Origin: the human T2T-CHM13v2.0 reference genome, Homo sapiens
DNA length: 64,000 bases
Assembly: GCF_009914755.1 (NCBI RefSeq)
Contig: NC_060946.1
Reading direction: 5' to 3' (one strand)
Part shown: positions 1 through 14,700 of the stretch, piece by piece
Layout of the letters: each line of letters opens with the position of its first letter
Position numbering within the stretch: position 1 is the stretch's first letter
Position numbers and translations under genes: made by a program
Notes under the pieces: generated by a model
What the model was told of the DNA's origin: nothing
The model's input: only the letters and a program-made list of their open reading frames with translations
The model's database searches: none

Positions 1-3000
1 TTGTCTAGACTCTGCCTACAGGGGCTTTGTGATGTATCTCTGCACTGATCACCCAGGTGATGGGACATTTGTCTAGGCTCTGCCTATGACAGCATTGTGA
101 CATATCTCTACACTGACCACCAAGGTGATGTGAATCTTTTGTTGGATCTGCCTCTGGGGGCATTGTGATATATTTCTGCACTGATCATCCAGGTGATGGG
201 ACTCTAGTCTAGGCTCTGTGTATGGGGCTTTGTGACATACCTTTGCACTGACCACCCAGGTGATGTAACTCATCTAAGTTCTGCCTACAGGAGCTTTGTG
301 ACATATCTCTGCACTGATCACTTAGGTGATGTAACACTTTTATAATCACTGCCTACAGGGAATTTTGACAAATCTCTGCACTGATCACCTAGGTGATGTA
401 ACTCTTGTCTGCCCTCTGCCCAAAGGGGCATTGTGAAATGTCTCTGAACTGATCACCCAGGTGATTCAACTCCTGTGTAGGATCTGCCTACAGCGGCGTT
501 TTCACATATCCCTGAAATGATGACAAAGGTGATGTAACTCTTGCCTAGGCTTTCCCTACAGGGCACATTGTGACATATCTCTGCACTGATCACCCAGGTG
601 ATATAACTCTTCTCTAGGATCTGACCACAGGGTGCTTTGTGATATATCACTTCACTGATCACCCAGGTGATGCAGCTCTTCTCTATGCTCTGCCTCCAGG
701 GGTCATTGTGATATACCTCTTCACTGATCACCCAGGTGATGTAACTCTTGTCTAGGTTCTGCTTACAAGGGGTATTGTGACATATCTCTGCACTGATCAC
801 CTAAGTGATGTAACACTTGTGTAAGCTATGCCTACAGGGGCATTTAGACATATCTCTGCACTGTTAACCGAGGTGACGTAACTCTTGTCTAGGCTGTGCC
901 CACAGGGTGATTAAGACATATCTCTGCACTGATCCCGAGGTGATTCAACTCTTGCTTGGTCTCTGCCTACTGGGGATATTGTGACATATCTCTGCACTGA
1001 TCTCCCAGGTGCAGTAACTTTATTCTAGGCTCTGGCTACACTACATTGTGACATATCACTGCACTGATCATCCAAGTGATATAACTCTTGTCTAGTCTCT
1101 GCATGCAGGGTTCTTGTGACATATCTCTGCACTGATCACCCAGGTGATGTAACTGTTGTATAAGCCCTGCCTACAGGGGAATTGTGAGAGATCTCGCCAC
1201 TGATCACCGAAGTGATGTAACTATTGTCTACGCTTTGCCTACAGGGGGCTTTGTGACATACCTTTGCACTGATCACCCAGGTGATGTAACTCATCTAAGT
1301 TCTGCCTACAGGAGCTTTCTGACATATCTCTGCACTGATCCCTTAGGTGATGTAACACTTTTATAAGCACTGCTACAGGGAATTTTGAAAAATCTCTGCA
1401 CAGAACACCTAGGTGATGTAACTCTTGTCTGCCCTCTGCCCAAAGGGGGCATTGTGAAATATCTCTGCACTGATCCACTAGGTGATGTAACTAGTGTCTA
1501 TGCTCTGCCTACAGGGGCGTTTTCACATATCCCTGAACTGATGACAAAGGTGATGTAACTCTTGCCTAGGCTTTGCCTACAGGGGAAATTGTGACATATC
1601 TCTGCACTGATAACCCAGGTGATGCAACTCTTGTCTAGGATCTGCCTACAGCAGAATTCTCACATATCCCTGAACTGTTGACAAAGGTGATGGAACTCTT
1701 GCCTAGGCTTTGCCTACAGGGGAAATTGTGACATATCTCTGCACTGATAACCCAGATGATGCTACTCTTCTCTATGCTCTGCCTACAGGGGACATTGTGA
1801 CATATCTCTGCACTGATAACCCAGGTGATGTAACTCTTGTCTAGGCTCTGATTACAGGGGGTATTGGGATATATCTCTGCACTGATCACCTAAGTGATGT
1901 AACACTTGTGTAGGCTCTCCCTACAGGGGCATTTTGACATATCTCTGCACTGTTAACCGAGGTGATGTAACTCTTCTCAAGGCTGTGCCCACAGTGGGAT
2001 TGAGACATATCTCTGCACTGATCCCGAGGTGATCCAACTCTTGCCTGGTCTCTGCCTACTGGGGACATTGTGACATATCTCTGCACTGATCTCCCAGGTG
2101 CAGTAACTTTAGTCTAGGCACTGGCTACACGGCATTGTGACATATCACTGCACTGATCACCCAGGTGATATAACTCTTGTCTAAGGTCTGCCTGCAGGGT
2201 TCCTGTGACATATCTCTGCACTGATCATCCAGGTGATATAACTCTTCTTTAGGATCTGCCTACAGGGTGCTTTATGACATATCCCTGCAATGATCACCCA
2301 GGTGATATACCCCTTGTCAAGGCTCTGCCTACAGGGGCATTGCGATGTATCTCTGCACTGATCACCTAGGTCATGTAACTCTTGTCTAGGCTCTGCCTAC
2401 AGTGGCATTGTGACATATCTCTGCACTGATCATCCAAGTGATGTAACTCTTGTCTAGGATCTGCCTAAAGGGACTTTGTGACATAACTCTGCACTGATCA
2501 TCCAAGTGATGGGGCTTTTGTCTAGGCTCTGCCTAAGGGGGCATTGTGACATATTTCTGAACTGATCACCCAGGTGACGGACTCTTGTCTTGGATCTGCC
2601 TATGGGGGCATTGTGACATATCTCTGCACTGATCACCCAGGTGATGCAAGTGTTGTATAAGCTGTGCCTACAGGGAAATTGTGAGAGATCTCTCCACTGA
2701 TCATCCAAGTGATGTAACTATTGTCTAGGCTTTGCCTACATGGGGATTTGTGACATACCTTTGCACTGATCACACAGGTGATTCAACTCTTGTCTAGGAT
2801 CTGTCTACAGGGGGTATTGTGAAAAAGCTCTACACTCATCATCTAGGTGATGTAACTGTTGTCCAGGCTCGGCCTACAGAGGCGTTTCCACATATCCCTT
2901 AACTGATGACAAAGGTGATGTAACCCTTGCCTAGACTTTGCCTACAAGGGACATTGTGACATATCACTGCACTGATCACCCAGGTGATGCAACTCTTGTC

Positions 3001-5958
3001 TAGGATCTGCCTACAGGCGACATTGTGACATATCTCTACACTGATCACCGAGGTGATGCAACTCTTCTCTATGCTCTGCCTACAGGGGGCATTGTGACAT
3101 ATCTCTGCACTTATCACCAAGGTGATGTACCTCTTTTCTAGTCTCTGCCTACAGAGGGCCTTGTGACATCACACTGCACGGATCACCCGGGTGATGTAAC
3201 TCTTGTCTAGGCTCTGCCTATGTGGGCATAGTGACTTACCTCTGCACTGATCACCCAGGAGATGTGACTCTAGTCTAAGCTTTGCCTAGAGGCACATTGG
3301 GACATATCTCTTCACTGATCGCTGAGGTGATGTAAAACTTGTCTAGGCTTTGCCTACTGTGGGAATTATGACATATCTCTGCACTGATCACCCAGGGAAT
3401 GTAACTCTTGTCTAGGCTCTGCTTACACGGGGCATTGTGAGATATCTCTGCACTGATCACTCAGGTGATGTAACTCTTGTCTAGGCTCTGCCTACAGTGG
3501 CATTTTAACATATCACCGCACTGATCACCGAGATGATGTAACTTTTGTATAGACTTCGCCAATAGGGGGCATTGAGATATATCTCTGCACTGATCATCGA
3601 GGTGATGCAACTTTTGTCTGGGATCTGCTTACAGGGGGCATTCTGACATTTCTCTGCCCTGATCACCCAGGTGATGTAATCTTTGTCTAGGCTCTACCTG
3701 CTGCAGACATTGTGACATATCTCCGCACTGATCACCCAGGTGATGTCACTTTTCTCAAGGATATGGCTACACGGACATTGTGACATGTCACTGCACTGAT
3801 CACACAGCTGATGTAACACTTTTCTAGGCTCTGGCTACAGGGGGTTTGTGACACATCTCTGCACTGATCACCCAGGTGATGTAACCCTTGTCTAGGCTCT
3901 GCCAAAAGGGGGCATTGTGACATAACTCTGCACTGATCACCCCGGTGATGGGACTCTTGTCTAGGCTCTGCCTACAGGGGCATTGTGACATATCTCTGCA
4001 GTGATCGCGCATGTGATGTAACTCTTGTCTATATCTGCCTACTGGCGGCATTGTGGCATATTTCTGCACTGATCACCCAGGTTATGGACCCTTTTCTTGG
4101 ATCTGCCTATGGGCCATAGTGACATATCTCTGCACTGATCACTCATGTGATGTAACCCTTGTGTAAGCTGTGCCTAAAGGGGAATTGTGACAGATATCTC
4201 CAGTGATCACCCAGGTGATGTAACAATATTCTGGGATTTGTCTTCTGGGGGCTTTGTGACATATCTTTGCACTGATCACCCAGGAGATGAAACTGTTGTC
4301 TAGGCTCGGCCTATAGGGGCTTTGTGTCATAAATCTGCACTGATCACCCAGGTGATGTAACTCTTATTTAGGCTCTGCCTACAGGGGCTTTGTGATATAT
4401 CTCTGCACTGATCACCCAGGTGATGTAACTCTTGTCTAGGCTCCACCTACAAGGAGTATTGTGACGTATCTCTGCACTGATCACTCATGTGATGTAACTG
4501 TTGTCTAGGCTCCACCTACAGGGTGTATTGTGGCGTATCTCTGCAGTGATCACGCTGGTGATGTAACATTTATCCAGGCGCTGCCTACTGGGGCGCTTTG
4601 ACATAGCTCTGCACAGATCACCTAGGTTATGTAACTCTTGTCGACTCTCTGCCTACAGGGGGCATTGTGAAATATCTCTGCACTGATCACCCATGTGATG
4701 GGACTCTTCTCTATACTCTGCCTATAGGGGGATTTGTGACATATCTGTGCACTGATCACCCAGGTGATGGAAGTCTTGTCTAGGCTCTGTCTATGGGACC
4801 ATTATGTCAAATATCTGCACTGATCACCCAGGTGATGTAACTCTTGTCTAAGCTCTGTCTACAGGGATTTTTGTGACATATCACTGCACTGATCACCTAG
4901 GTGGTGTAAGCTTTGTATGGGCGTTGCCTACAGAAGGCTTTGTGGCATATCTATGCTCTGATCTGTGAGGTGATGCATCTCATGCCTAGGCACTGCCTAC
5001 AGGGGACATTGGTACATATCTCTGCACTGATCACCCAGGTGATGGACCCTTGACTTAGATCTGCCTACATGGACATTGTGACACATCTCTGAACTGATCA
5101 ACCATGTGATGAAACTCTTGTCTAGGATCTGACTACAGGGACTTTGTGACACGTCTCTGCACTGATCACTCTGGGGAGGGAACTCTTTTCTATGCTCTGC
5201 CTTCAGGAGGCTTTACGACTTATACCTGCACTGATAACCTAGGTGATGTAATACTTGTCTAGACTCTGCCTACACTGGAATTTTCACATATCTCTGCAAT
5301 GATCACCCAGTTGATGTAACTCCTGTCTAGGTTCAGCCTACAGGAGCGTTTTGACATATCTCTGCACTGATCACCCAGGTGATGTAACCCTTGTCTAAGC
5401 TGTGCCTACAGGGGCATTGTGACAGATCTCTCCACTGCTCACCCAGGTGATGTAACAATTATCTTGGCTTTGCCTACAGGGGGCTTTCTGATATACATTT
5501 CCACTGATGAAACAGGTGATGTAACCTTTGTCAAGGTTCTGCTTACAGGGGCTTTGTGACATATCTCTGTACTGATCACCCCAGGGTGGAACCACTTTTC
5601 TGCACTCCGCCTACAGGAGGCTTTACGACTTATCCCTGCACTGATCACTAGGTGATGTAATACTTGTCTAAGCTCTGTCTACACGGGAATTTTCACATAT
5701 CTCTATACTGATCACCTAAGTGATGTGACCCTTGTCTAGGTTCAGCCTACTGGGGATTTCTGACATACCTATGCACTGATCACTGAGGTGATGTAAATCA
5801 TTTCCAGGCTTTCTGTACAGGGGACATTGTGATATATCTCTGCACTTATCACCCAAATGATGCAAATGTTTTCTAGACTCCGCAGGGAGGGGGCATTGTG
5901 ACATATTTCTTAACGGATCATCTAGGAAGATGTAACTATTCTCCAGGCTTTGACTAAA
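1..5958. repeat. Beta-satellite (68-bp Sau3A/BSR) array, diverged monomers, 3' of the DUX4-like unit
   Basis: Tandem ~68-69 bp monomers, consensus approx. CTAGGCTCTGCCTACAGGGGCATTGTGACATATCTCTGCACTGATCACCCAGGTGATGTAACTCTTGT, with GATC in nearly every monomer. Confidence 0.97.
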
Positions 5959-6071
5959 GAGCATCAGAAGGTGTTGGGAGAGCCTCAGCCGGAACTTCAT
6001 GGATGGACAAGGGCACAGAGAGGCCAGCGGGCTCCCTTGCACATCAGCCAGGGTGCCCAATGAGCTCAGGT
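5860..6071 (-). other. pLAM / DUX4 exon 3 homolog lacking the ATTAAA poly(A) signal
   Basis: Acceptor TTCCTGGCTAG|ACCTG at 6072/6071, then GGCTGATGTGCAAGGGAGCCCGCTGGCCTCTCTGTGCCCTTG, running into satellite GAAATAT-GTCACA-ATGCCCCCTCCCTG. Confidence 0.8.
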
Positions 6072-6292
6072 CTAGCCAGGAAGCCGGCAAAGAGAGCTAG
6101 AGGTCTGCGTTCCGCCGCCAGGTGCTCCATGGTGGCAGCTGGGAGGCTGCAGGGGTACGGGCGGGTCGGCGACAGTAGCGTGGAGGCGCAGAGGAGGCAA
6201 GCCACCGAGGGGTGACAGGCCTGGACGCTGCGCGGGCCCAGTGTTTCATGGGATGGGCGTCTCCACCTAGCCTAGTGGAGGACTCATTTCCT

Positions 6293-6343
6293 GGGGGTGT
6301 GGGGTAGGGGTTGGGTGGGGGTGGTCAGGCGTGGGTGGGTTGG
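6293..6343 (+). other. G-tract cluster (potential G-quadruplex) in the LSau-like segment
   Basis: GGGGGTGTGGGGTAGGGGTTGGGTGGGGGTGG gives five runs of 3 or more G with short loops. Confidence 0.55.
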
Positions 6344-6429
6344 TGGAAAGGCATGAGAGCTCTGTCTGGGCTGCTCCCACAGCACAGGCGGCTGCCCGCA
6401 AAGCCGCGCGTGCACAGTAGGCGGCACAC

Positions 6430-6661
6430 ATGCTGGTACCTGTGCCGGCTCTGGGACCCCCGTGATGCCCAGGAAAGAATGGCAGTTCTCCGCTGTGAGG
6501 AGCCTCTCACCCGGCCTAGACCTAGAAGGCAGGAATCCCAGGGCGGTCAGCCCGGTGGAGGGAGCGTGGGGAAGACACGCCCCTCCATACTCAGCCAGGT
6601 GTTCCCCGTGAAAGAGAGGCCACCGCCCTGCCCAGACCCGACCACGACCCCACCCTGCATC
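6430..6661 (-). other. Homolog of DUX4 3'UTR intron 1 and exon 2, including the KpnI site
   Basis: Minus strand GGGATTCCTGCCTTCTAGGTCTAGGCCGGGTGAGAG...GAACTGCCATTCTTTCCTGGGCATC...GGTACCAGCATGTGTG matches the recalled DUX4 exon 2 region. Confidence 0.75.
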
Positions 6662-8100
<1,439 letters not shown>

Positions 8101-8722
8101 TCATGAATGGCGGTGGGCCTTGGGACAGCCCGCCCCACACCGGAATGTTCCCAGGGCTTAGAGGCCTGCGGCCGGGGATGGTTTCGTGGGGGGGGGGGAG
8201 GGCGTGGTGATGGTGGTCGTGGGGCCAGAGAGACGAAAGGAAGGGGGCGATGGGGAAGGGGTAAGGGTGCCGCGTTTCGGGGGCTGGATCTCCGGACCTT
8301 TCCAGGAATCCCGCGGGAACTGGAAGCCACTCTCTGGGCACCCTCGCATCATCAGCAGGGAGAAACCGGCTTGGGACGGTGGAGGGGAGTGTGGAACTGA
8401 ACCTCTGAGGCAGTCTTGAGTGTTCCAGGCCCTCTCTCCGTGAAGAAGAGTTCCTGTTGGTGTCACCGTTGCCGGGACAGTCTCACACGCCCAGGCTTGT
8501 GGCTCTCGTTCATTTCCATGTAGGAGACCAGAGTGAGACCCCAGAGAGAAGATGCAACCCGGCGAGATGGCCTGATGATGGAATCCCGTGTGTGACAACA
8601 TGGGGAGTCTGCAGTGTGGCCGGTTTGGAAACTGGGAAGGAGAGCGAAGGCACCGTGCCGGTCTTCCACACTTCCCTGCATGTTTCCGGGTGCCCGCAGA
8701 GATCTGGGAGCAAACAGTCAGC

Positions 8723-11700
8723 ATGACACATCTCTGAACTGATCAACAAAGTGATGTAACAATCGTCTAGGCTCTAACAACAGGGGGTTTGTGACATATC
8801 TCTGCACTGATCACCCAGGTGATGGGACTTTTGTTTAGGCTCTGCCTATGGTGGCATTGTGACATAGTTCTGCACTGATCACACTGGTGATGGGACACTT
8901 GTCTAGGCTCTGTGTATGGGGGCTTTGTGACATATCTCTATACTGATCCCCCAGGTGATGTAACGCTTGACTAGGCTCTGCCTACGGGGCATAGTGACAT
9001 ATCACTGCATTGACCACCGAGGTGATGTAACTCTTCTCCAGGCTCTGCCTATAGGGGGCCTTGTGACATATCTCTGCACTGATCATCTCGGTGATGTAAC
9101 TCTTACTTATGCTCTGCCTGCAGGGGCATTGTGAAATATGTCTGCACTGATCACCCAGGTGATGGGACTCTTCTCTAGGCTCTGCCTACTTGGGGCATTG
9201 TCACATATTTCTGCACTGATCACCCAGGTGACGGACACTTGCCTTGGATTTGCCTATGGGGGCATTGTGACATATCCCTGCACTGATCACCCAGGTGATG
9301 TAACTCTGGTCTAAGCTCTGCCTAAATGGGCATTGTGACAAATCTCTGCAATGATCACTCAGGTGATGTAACAATTGTCTAGGCTCTGCTTAAAGGGGCC
9401 TTGTCACATATCTCTGCACTGATCACCCAGGTGATGTAACACCTGTCTAGGCTCTGCTTACAGGGGGTATTGTGACATATCTCTGCACTGATCACCTAAG
9501 TGATGTAACACTTGTGTAGGCTCTGCCTACAGGGGCATTTTGACATTTCTCTGCACTGTTAACCGAGGTGATGTAACACTTGTCTAGGCTGTGCCCACAG
9601 GGGGATTGAGACATATCTCTGCACTGATCCCGAGGTGATCCAACTCTTGCCTGGTCTCTGTCTACTGGGGACATTGTGATATATCTCTGCACTGATCTCC
9701 CAAGTGCTGTAACTTTACTCTAGGCTCTGGCTACACGACATTGTGACATATCACTGCACTGATCACCGAGGTGATATAACTCTTGTCTAGTCTCTGCCTA
9801 CAGGGGGCTTGTGACATATATCTGCACTGATCACCCAGGTGATATAACTCTCCTCTAGGCTCTGTCTACAGGGTGCTTTGTGACATGTCCCTGCACTGAT
9901 CATCCAGGTGATGGGACTCTTGTCTAGGCTCTGCCAAAAGTGACATTGTGACATATCTCTGCACTGATCACCCAGGTGATGTAACTCTTTCCCAGGATCT
10001 GCTTACAGGGTACTTTGAGACATATCCCTGCAATGATCACCCAGGTGTTGTACCACTTGTCAAGGCTCTGCCTACAGGTACATTGCGAAGTATTTCTGCA
10101 ATGATCACCTAGGTCATGTAACTGATTGATGTAACTATTGTCTAGGATCTGCCTAAAGGCACTTTGTGACATAACTCTGCACTGATCATCCAGGTTATGG
10201 GGCTTTTGTCTAGGCTCTGCCTAAGGGGGCATTGTGACATATTTCTGCACTGATAACCCAGGTGACGGATTCCTGTCTTGGATCTACCTATGGGAGCATT
10301 GTGACATATCTCTGCACTGATCACACAGGTGATGTAACTGTTGTATAAGCTCTGCCTACAGGGGAATTGTGAGAGATCTCGCCACTGATCACTCAATTGA
10401 TGTAACTATTGTCTAGGCTTTGCCTAAAGGTGACTTTCTGACATACCTTTTCACTGATCACCCTGGTGATGTAATTCATCTAAGTTCTGCCTACAGGAGC
10501 TTTGTGACATATCTCTGCACTGATCACTTAGGTGATGTAACACTTGTATAAGCACTGCCTACAGGGAATTTTGACAAATCTCCACACTGATAACCTAGGT
10601 GATGTAACTCTTTTCTAGGATCTGCCTACAGGGTACTTTGTGACATATCCCTGCAATGATCACCCAGGTGATGTACCACTTGTCAAGGCTCTGCCTACAG
10701 GGACATTGAGATGTATCTCTGCACTGATCACCTAGGTCATGTAACTCTTTTCTAGGCTCTGCCTACAGTGGCATTGTGACATATCTCTGCACTGATCATC
10801 CAAGTAATGTAACTGTTGTATAAGCTCTGCCTACAGGGGAATTGTGAGAGATCTCTCCACTGATCACGCAAGTGATGTAACTATTGTCTAGGCTTTGCCT
10901 ACAGGGGGCTTTGTGACATACCTTTGCACTGATCACCCAGGTGACGTAACTCATGTAAGTTCTGCCTACAGGAGCTTTTTGACATATCTCTGTACTGATC
11001 ACTTAGGTGTTGTGACACTTTTATAATCACTGCCTACAGGGAATTTTGACAAATCTCTGCATCACCTAGGTGATGTAACTCTTGTCTACACTCTGCCCAA
11101 AGGGGGCATTGTGAAATATCTCTGCACTGATCACAAAGGTGATTCAACTCTTGTGTAGGATCTGCCTACAGGGGGTATTGTGAGATATCTCCGCACTGAT
11201 CAACTAGGTGATGTAAATATTGTCTAGGCTCTGCGTACAGGGGCATTTTCACATATCCCTGAACTGATGACAAAGGTGATGTAACCCTTGCCTTGGCATT
11301 GCCTACAGGGGATATTGTGACATACGTCTGCACTGATCACCCAGGTGATGCACCTGTTCTCTATGCTCTGCCTACAGGGGACATTGTGACATATCTCTGC
11401 ACTGATCACCCAGGTGATGTCACTTTTCTCAAGGATATGTCTACAGGGACATTGTGATATGTCACTGCACTGATCACACAGCTGATGTAACTACTGTGTA
11501 GGCTCTGGCTACAGGGGGCTTGTGACACATCTCTGCACTGATCACCCAGGTGATGTAACCTTTGTCTAGGCTCTGCCAAAAGAGGGCATTATGACATAAC
11601 TCTCCACTGATCACCCAGGTGATGGGACTCCTGTCTAGGCTAAGCCTACAGGGGCATTGTGACATATCTCTGCAGTGATCACGCAGGTGATATAACTCTT

Positions 11701-14700
11701 GTCTATATCTGCCTACTGGCGGCATTGTGGCATATTTCTGCACTGATCACCCAGGTGATGGACTCTTGTCTTGGATCTGCCTATGGGGGTATAGTGACAC
11801 GTCTCTGCAGTGATCACTCATGTGATGTAACGCTTGTCTAAGCTGCGTCTAAAGGGGAGTTGTGACAGATATCTCCACTGATTACCCAGGTGATGTAACA
11901 AACAATTTTCCGCGATTTCTCTACAGGGCCTTTGTGACATATCTTTGCACTGATAACCCTGGAGATGTAACTCTTGTCTAGGCTCGGCCTACAGGGGCTG
12001 TGTGACATATTTCTGCACTGATCACCCAGGAGATATAACTCTTGTTTAAGCTCTGCCTACAGGGGTTTTGTGACATATTTCTGTACTGATCACCCAGGTT
12101 ATGTAACTCTTGTCTATGCTCCACCTACAGGGGGTATTGTGACGTATCTCTGCACTTCTCACACAGGTGATGTAACTCTTGTCTAGGCTCCACCTACAGG
12201 GTGTATTGTGACATATCTCTGCACTGATCACCCATGTGATGTAATATTTATCTAGGCTCTGCCTACTGGGGCGTTTTGACATAGCTCTGCACAGATCACC
12301 TGGGTTATGTAACTCTTGTCCACTCTCTGCCTAAAGGGGGCATTGTGAAATATCTCTGCACTGATCACCCAGGTGATGGGACTCTTCTCTATACTCTGCC
12401 TATAGGGGGATTTGTGACATATATCTGCACGGATCACCCAGGTGATGGAAGTCTTGTCTAGGCTCTGTCTATGGGGTCATTGTGTCAAATATCTGCACTG
12501 ATCACCCAGGTGATGTAACTCTTCTCTAGGCTCTGTATACAAGGATTTTTGTGACGTATCACTGCCCTGATCACCTAGGTGATGTAAGCCTTGTATGGGC
12601 TTTGCGTACAGAAGGCTTTGTGACATATCTATGCACTGATCTCTGAGGTGATGCAACTCTTGTCTAGGCACTGCCTACAGGGGACATTGGTACATATCTC
12701 TGCACTGATCACCCAGGTGATGGACTCTTGTCTTAGATCTGCCTACATGGACATTTTGACACATCTCTGACCTGATAAACCAAGTGATGAAACTCTTGCC
12801 TAGGCTCTGCCTAAATGGGCTTTGTGACACATCTCTGAACTGTTCACCCTGGGGAGGGAACTCTAGTCTACGCTCTGCCTACAGGAGGCATTGTGAAATA
12901 TCTCTGCACTGATCACCCAGGTGATGGGACTCTTCTTTATCCTCTGCCTATAGGGGGATTTGTGACATATATCTGCACAGATCACCCAGGTGATGGAAGT
13001 CTTGTCTAGGCTCTGTCTATGGGAGCATTATGTCAAATATCTGCACTGATCACCCAGGTGATGTAACTCTTGTCTAGGCTCTGTCTACAGGGATTTTTCT
13101 GACACATCACTGCCCTGATCACCTAGGTGATGTAAGCCGTGTATGGGCTTTGCGTACAGAAGGCTTTGTGACATATCTATGCACTGATCTCTGAGGTGAT
13201 GCAACTCTTGTCTAGTCACTGCCTATAGAGGACATTGGTACATATCTCTGCAGTGATCACCCAGGTGATGGACTCTTGTCTTAGATCTGCCTACATGGAC
13301 ATTTTGACACATCTCTGACCTGATCAACCAAGTGATGAAACTCTTGCCTAGGCTCTGCCTAAATGGGCTTTGTGACACATCTCTGAACTGTTCACCCTGG
13401 GGAGGGAACTCTAGTCTACGCTCTGCCTACAGGGGGCATTGTGAAATATCTCTGCACTGATCACCCAGGTGATGGGACTCTTCTTTATACTCTGCCTAGA
13501 GGGGGATTTGTGACATATATCTGCACGGATCACCCAGGTGATGGAAGTCTTGTCTAGGCTCTGTCTATGGGAGCATTATGTCAAATATCTGCACTGATCA
13601 CCCAGGTGATGTAACTCTTGTCTAGGCTCTGTCTACAGGGATTTTTCTGACACATCACTGCCCTGATCACCTAGGTGATGTAAGCCGTGTATGGGCTTTG
13701 CGTACAGAAGGCTTTGTGACATATCTATGCACTGATCTCTGAGGTGATGCAACTCTTGTCTAGTCACTGCCTACAGAGGACATTGGTACATATCTCTGCA
13801 GTGATCACCCAGGTGATGGACTCTTGTCTTAGATCTGCCTACATGGACATTTTGACACATCTCTGACCTGATCAACCAAGTGATGAAACTCTTGCCTAGG
13901 CTCTGCCTAAATGGGCTTTGTGACACATCTCTGAACTGTTCACCCTGGGGAGGGAACTCTAGTCTACGCTCTGCCTACAGGAGGCTTTTTGAGTTATACC
14001 TGCACTGATCATCTAGGTGATGTAACACTGGTCTAGAGTCTCCCTTCACCGGAATCCTCACATATCTCTGCACTGATCACCCAGTTGATGTAACTCATTT
14101 CTAGATTCAGACTACAGGAGTGTTTTGACATATCTCTGCACTGATCAACCAGTTGATGTAACCCTTGACTAAGCTCTGCCTACAGGGGCATTGTGAAAGA
14201 TCTCTCCACTGCTCACCCAGGTGATGTAACAATTGTCTGGGCTTTGCCTACAGGGGGCTTTGTGATATACATTTCCACTGATCAAACAGGTGATGTAATC
14301 CTTGGCAAATATCTGCTTACAGGGGTATTGTGAAATAACTCTGCACTGATCAACTAGGGGATGTAACTCTTGTCTAGGCTATCCCTACATGGGTGTTTTC
14401 ACATATCCCTGAACTGATGAGAAAGATGATGTAACTCTTGCCTAGGCTTTGCCTACAGGGGATATTGTGACATATCTCTGCACTGATCTCCCAGGTGATG
14501 CAACTCTACTCTATGCTCTGCCTACAGGGGACATAGTGACATATCTCTGCACTGATCACCCAGGTGATGGGACTTTTGTCTAGGCTCTGCCTATGGGTGC
14601 ATTGTGACATATCTCTACACTGATCACTCTGGTGATGTAACTCTTGTGTTGGATCTGCCTATGGGGGCATTGTGACATATTTCTGCACTGATCACCCAAG

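Noticed and set aside
10110-11905. Small irregularities: truncated monomer at ~10115-10135, 4-bp loss at ~11060, AACA duplication at ~11900
   Set aside because: Ordinary indels in old satellite with no sign of foreign sequence.
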